NCBI GenBank assembly: GCA_965644315.1
Contig: CBFFRQ010000115.1
Location: forward strand, 1 to 30,078
DNA: 30,078 nucleotides
Source of the DNA: Caecitellus pseudoparvulus
Taxonomy: Eukaryota > Protista > Bigyra: Bicosoecida
Direction: 5' to 3'
Position numbers and translations under genes: made by a program. Under the pieces are notes generated by a model. That model ran no database searches. It was not told the origin of the DNA and saw only the letters and a list, made by a program, of their open reading frames with translations. Positions within the stretch are counted from its first letter, which is position 1. Every line of letters begins with the position of its first letter. Below are positions 28,001 through 30,078 of the stretch, one piece after another.

Positions 28001-30077
28001 TGACGCTGGATGCCGCTGCCAGAGGCGGGCCAGGCGTCAAGGACATGTTCACCGGCACGCTCTGCTCGTCGGCCAGGCTGCTGGGGTCGACCACGCTGCG
28101 CCCTAGCACAGTCAAACTGGCGGATGCCGCGGCATCGCCCCCTGAGCCTCCTGCACACGCCCAGTCTGCGAACGTCTCCCACTGCAGCTCCCCACCTTCG
28201 CCCCCACCACACATGTACCGGGCGTCCACAGACACCACGGCCGAGTCGCCCCGAGCTCCCAACTCCAGCCCGCCGTCCACTGGCACGCCCAGCTGCCACG
28301 CACTGTCCCCTGTGCTGCTCAGATCCAGCTCAGCACGCACAGCTGTGGGCAGCAGGTTCACCAACAACACGCCCCGCCTCGCCCACCCCAGCCCAGCCAC
28401 ACGCATGTCCACCTCGCTGGGCAACACAGCCAACACCGTCACCTGCATCACCACAGGCACGATCAAGGGGGCACCGCCACGCCGCCCGTCATTGCTGGAC
28501 ACGTGCAGCTGTGACCTGTACAGACCAGTGCGCGGCACTGCCGTCGCATTCAGGCGCAGTGTCACGGCCCTCACGCCGCCAGACGCTGTCACACCCGACG
28601 CAGACCCCACCAAGCCCATCCATGCCTGGGCATCGGGTAGACTCACTGACCATGTCAACGGCGCTGTGCCTGTGTTCCGCACCAGCACCTGCACAGTGGA
28701 CACGTCAGTCGGTGCCAGGGTCTGGTGCAAGGAAGCGGGCACCACACTCAGCCGAGGCGCCTGCACCACCAACGTGATGGGGATTGACACGCCCGGCACA
28801 TCGGACACGCTGCGGCGACCAGGCAGCGCGGGCACAGACGATGACAGCGCCACCAACGACACCACGCCTCGGTACGTGCCGCCTGCCAGCCCGCCAGGGG
28901 ACAGCACCACAGTCACGGACCGATCTCCTGACCCGATCGGCGCAGTCACTGCTGCCAGACCCACCCATGCCCCGCCACCCCCACGACCGACCACCGTGAC
29001 AGACCACGTCACGTGTGCAGGGGCCTGCACAGGGATGCTGCGAGTCACAGGAGCCACAGCTGGCCCAGCTTGTGCCTCCACCTGCACGGCGCTCACTGTG
29101 CTCCGCAGGTACGGCAGCGGGGCTGGCGAGCGGGATGCACTGGGCCGTGGCGGCGCACCTGCTGACTGACTTGGCAAAGGCGTGCTGGCCCCCGATGGCG
29201 TCGGCGCCGGGCTGGACGATGCACTGGGCACCACCAACGGGGATGTGCTGGGGGCTGCAACGCCGCCTGGTCGCACTGTCAACGGCACAGCCCCACTGCC
29301 CATGCTGACACCGGTAGCCACCACATCGACCACCACGTACACTGTCACAGCGCTGTCTTGAGGCGGGGACGGCACACCACCGCCGCCATCGACGACCAGT
29401 GACACGTCCCAGTACTGTGTGCCGCTGCCTCCACCAAGTGCTGCGGCCTGCACAGTTGTCTTGACCCATGTGATCGGGGCGGAGCACAAGGCTGCTTGGC
29501 TGGCCAAGCCTGGGCACACGATGGACTGCACTGTCACGGTAGGCGCAGCTGTGCCAGCCCGGCTGAGGGCAATGGTGTCACTGCTGAGGACAGTGCCCGC
29601 ACTTGCCCCTTGGGATGTGGACCTGGAGCGGAGGAGTGTGGTTTGAGGTGGGAATCCTGGAACAGGTGTGGGTGTGGCAGGAGACAGCCACGTGAGAGTG
29701 GGGGGAGAGGAGGATGAAGGTGCAGCTGTGGTCGAAGGAGGGGCAGAAGCGGTGCTGGATGGTGAAGGCGAGCGTGATTGAGAGGCACTCGGTGTGCCTG
29801 AAAACGAAGTGGTGGCACTGCCAGTCACCGTGGTGCTCGTGCTGGGTGTGGCGCTCACTGCTGCACTGCTGGTGGCTGTGCCTGAGGCCCCGCTTGTTGG
29901 AGTCCCACTGCTTGTGGAACTTTGCGAAGGTGAGCATGAAGCTGATGGTGAGTGCGAGGAGGTGGTGGAAGGCGACCCCGAGCTTGTCATGGATGAAGAG
30001 GGGGTCGCGGATGCGGTCGCCGTCACGGAGGAAGTGGCCGACACGGATGCAGTTTGAGATAGCGTGCCCGTGCTCGT
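25023..30077 (-). CDS. Giant cell-surface receptor-like protein (5'-partial): Ser/Thr mucin-like stalk, Ig-like/BACON-like domains, Cys-rich repeats, multi-pass TM region
   Basis: The frame is open to the window edge. S/T-rich tract at 29690-30077; beta-sandwich pattern VRNTGTAPLTWSV..AW..V.L..G.YRSQLHVSSND; CECAEGF/CEACAPGT/CRQCAAGTY/CIECPEEGAVC repeats; CAEGHRGAMCGECEAGW motif before TM1; GFLYEGYR..YWYWELL..QPY in the C-terminal TM bundle. Confidence 0.85.
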   Translation of the reverse strand, partial: TSTGTLSQTASVSATSSVTATASATPSSSMTSSGSPSTTSSHSPSASCSPSQSSTSSGTPTSGASGTATSSAAVSATPSTSTTVTGSATTSFSGTPSASQSRSPSPSSTASAPPSTTAAPSSSSPPTLTWLSPATPTPVPGFPPQTTLLRSRSTSQGASAGTVLSSDTIALSRAGTAAPTVTVQSIVCPGLASQAALCSAPITWVKTTVQAAALGGGSGTQYWDVSLVVDGGGGVPSPPQDSAVTVYVVVDVVATGVSMGSGAVPLTVRPGGVAAPSTSPLVVPSASSSPAPTPSGASTPLPSQSAGAPPRPSASRSPAPLPYLRSTVSAVQVEAQAGPAVAPVTRSIPVQAPAHVTWSVTVVGRGGGGAWVGLAAVTAPIGSGDRSVTVVLSPGGLAGGTYRGVVSLVALSSSVPALPGRRSVSDVPGVSIPITLVVQAPRLSVVPASLHQTLAPTDVSTVQVLVRNTGTAPLTWSVSLPDAQAWMGLVGSASGVTASGGVRAVTLRLNATAVPRTGLYRSQLHVSSNDGRRGGAPLIVPVVMQVTVLAVLPSEVDMRVAGLGWARRGVLLVNLLPTAVRAELDLSSTGDSAWQLGVPVDGGLELGARGDSAVVSVDARYMCGGGEGGELQWETFADWACAGGSGGDAAASASLTVLGRSVVDPSSLADEQSVPVNMSLTPGPPLAAASSVMLPSRTGQSLVIAADASVERRTLYLDVSDAVGRGSMLRSLPLVTCLSQSCPVAVSLGTGQGGMLSLELRPLSVGSAALRVRLGGYGVPGQGGDSVVSVVVVPPACDASQRLAPGAMQCECAEGFQTPAEGTASETGLACEACAPGTVRAGTVLDAPVCRQCAAGTYAGPGGRVCIECPEEGAVCAGGQLVLQGGVWCEECLPQSGFSSAAPALLGGYRSLYGLRGGRVLAAVVGSGPGRPTLTSDSAMLPCSPASVCRANGSVVQCAEGHRGAMCGECEAGWRRAGPDTPCTACPRDGSDVAVTVLTMVIALGFVVYLTLNRSGQGVSTPPAAVFRVVSSWAQVAALLSAAGLSPAKPLDGVLSALGVAVKGFSTSSPAVQCGLRLGFYEELYVALALPVVCVLLPFALLWAVRASGVAAKCYPAESVAPRHALKPIQVSLSVHHLLGVSADGVKHGHALQSAQGVSPMRARGPAGPCASQPVRTQHGARLILRAVSDDPRGAFADAGAHGEHAAPADSLQLPGREPQGVEASLDLAQFSMDYDLLPASGRAAPSFPEALGFSGEALQSHISERAHESDDSSVCSGSRTASDFLPPPIDTSRTGDRHSARDTSSTWTDIGPRGRPTRSWMSRAATFSPAVALPLSAYATRTALIALFFVHFGVVESFIKFLDTFPDPIFGFTVFRHSLGHGSFDATFGPARALAGLGLVFVGLGAPIGAMLFLRMNRRRLHVRAFQHAAGFLYEGYRVQARGACCGGYWYWELLITLQKVLLLALAVTVQARFARAAAVSGVLGIGLVLHVAAQPYTSSSLNVLSVASQSSLWVDSMLGLMDFELRGESGQERAVSVVEATSTVIVVGFLCLALALGVSIVFGGLWHAVAVAHGALGLSPRAKEGRCESLQRVWAVATCWQRVSLLMAAFGGQSPSEWTVTGKRRRSDGAVQQCSESRDDSQLATCVAEAGLGWQEVEQPVREPAFVSKVGILAAGKHRGQL

Positions 30078-30078
30078 C
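29690..30078 (-). repeat. Low-complexity Ser/Thr/Pro-rich coding tract (mucin-like)
   Basis: SATSSVTATASATPSSSMTSSGSPSTTSSHSPSAS... with an alternating S/T-x pattern. Confidence 0.75.

Noticed and set aside
25042-29169. Long plus-strand ORFs (380, 369, 451 aa)
   Set aside because: Antisense shadows of the surface-receptor gene

Overview
GC-rich eukaryotic genomic DNA, most likely from a protist (lineage is inference only). It uses the standard code and has short GT-AG spliceosomal introns of 65-78 nt. From left to right: (1) A ~5 kb DNA transposon bounded by a perfect 22-bp terminal inverted repeat (2-23 / 4981-5002). It encodes an intron-containing ~1350-codon Zn-finger + Cys/His-cluster + DDE (D-D-DxxH-E, Mutator-like) transposase with one in-frame TAA, and is inserted into the reading frame of the next gene. 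(2) A large WD40-like/SPRY host gene that also carries a 1-nt frameshift. (3) A stand-alone P-loop NTPase gene. (4) Two degenerate transposase relics. (5) Three paralogous genes made of 6, 8 and 10 atypical 38-aa ankyrin repeats whose variable residues fall at the binding-surface positions; one gene has TGA at a conserved Cys. (6) A signal-peptide/TM protein with an N,N-dimethylformamidase large-subunit-like domain. (7) A five-exon XK-like membrane protein with an LRR-like cytosolic part. (8) The 3' part of a giant mucin/Ig-like/Cys-rich/multi-TM surface protein. No rRNA, tRNA or CRISPR features were seen. All family assignments come from motif recognition by eye, not from database searches.
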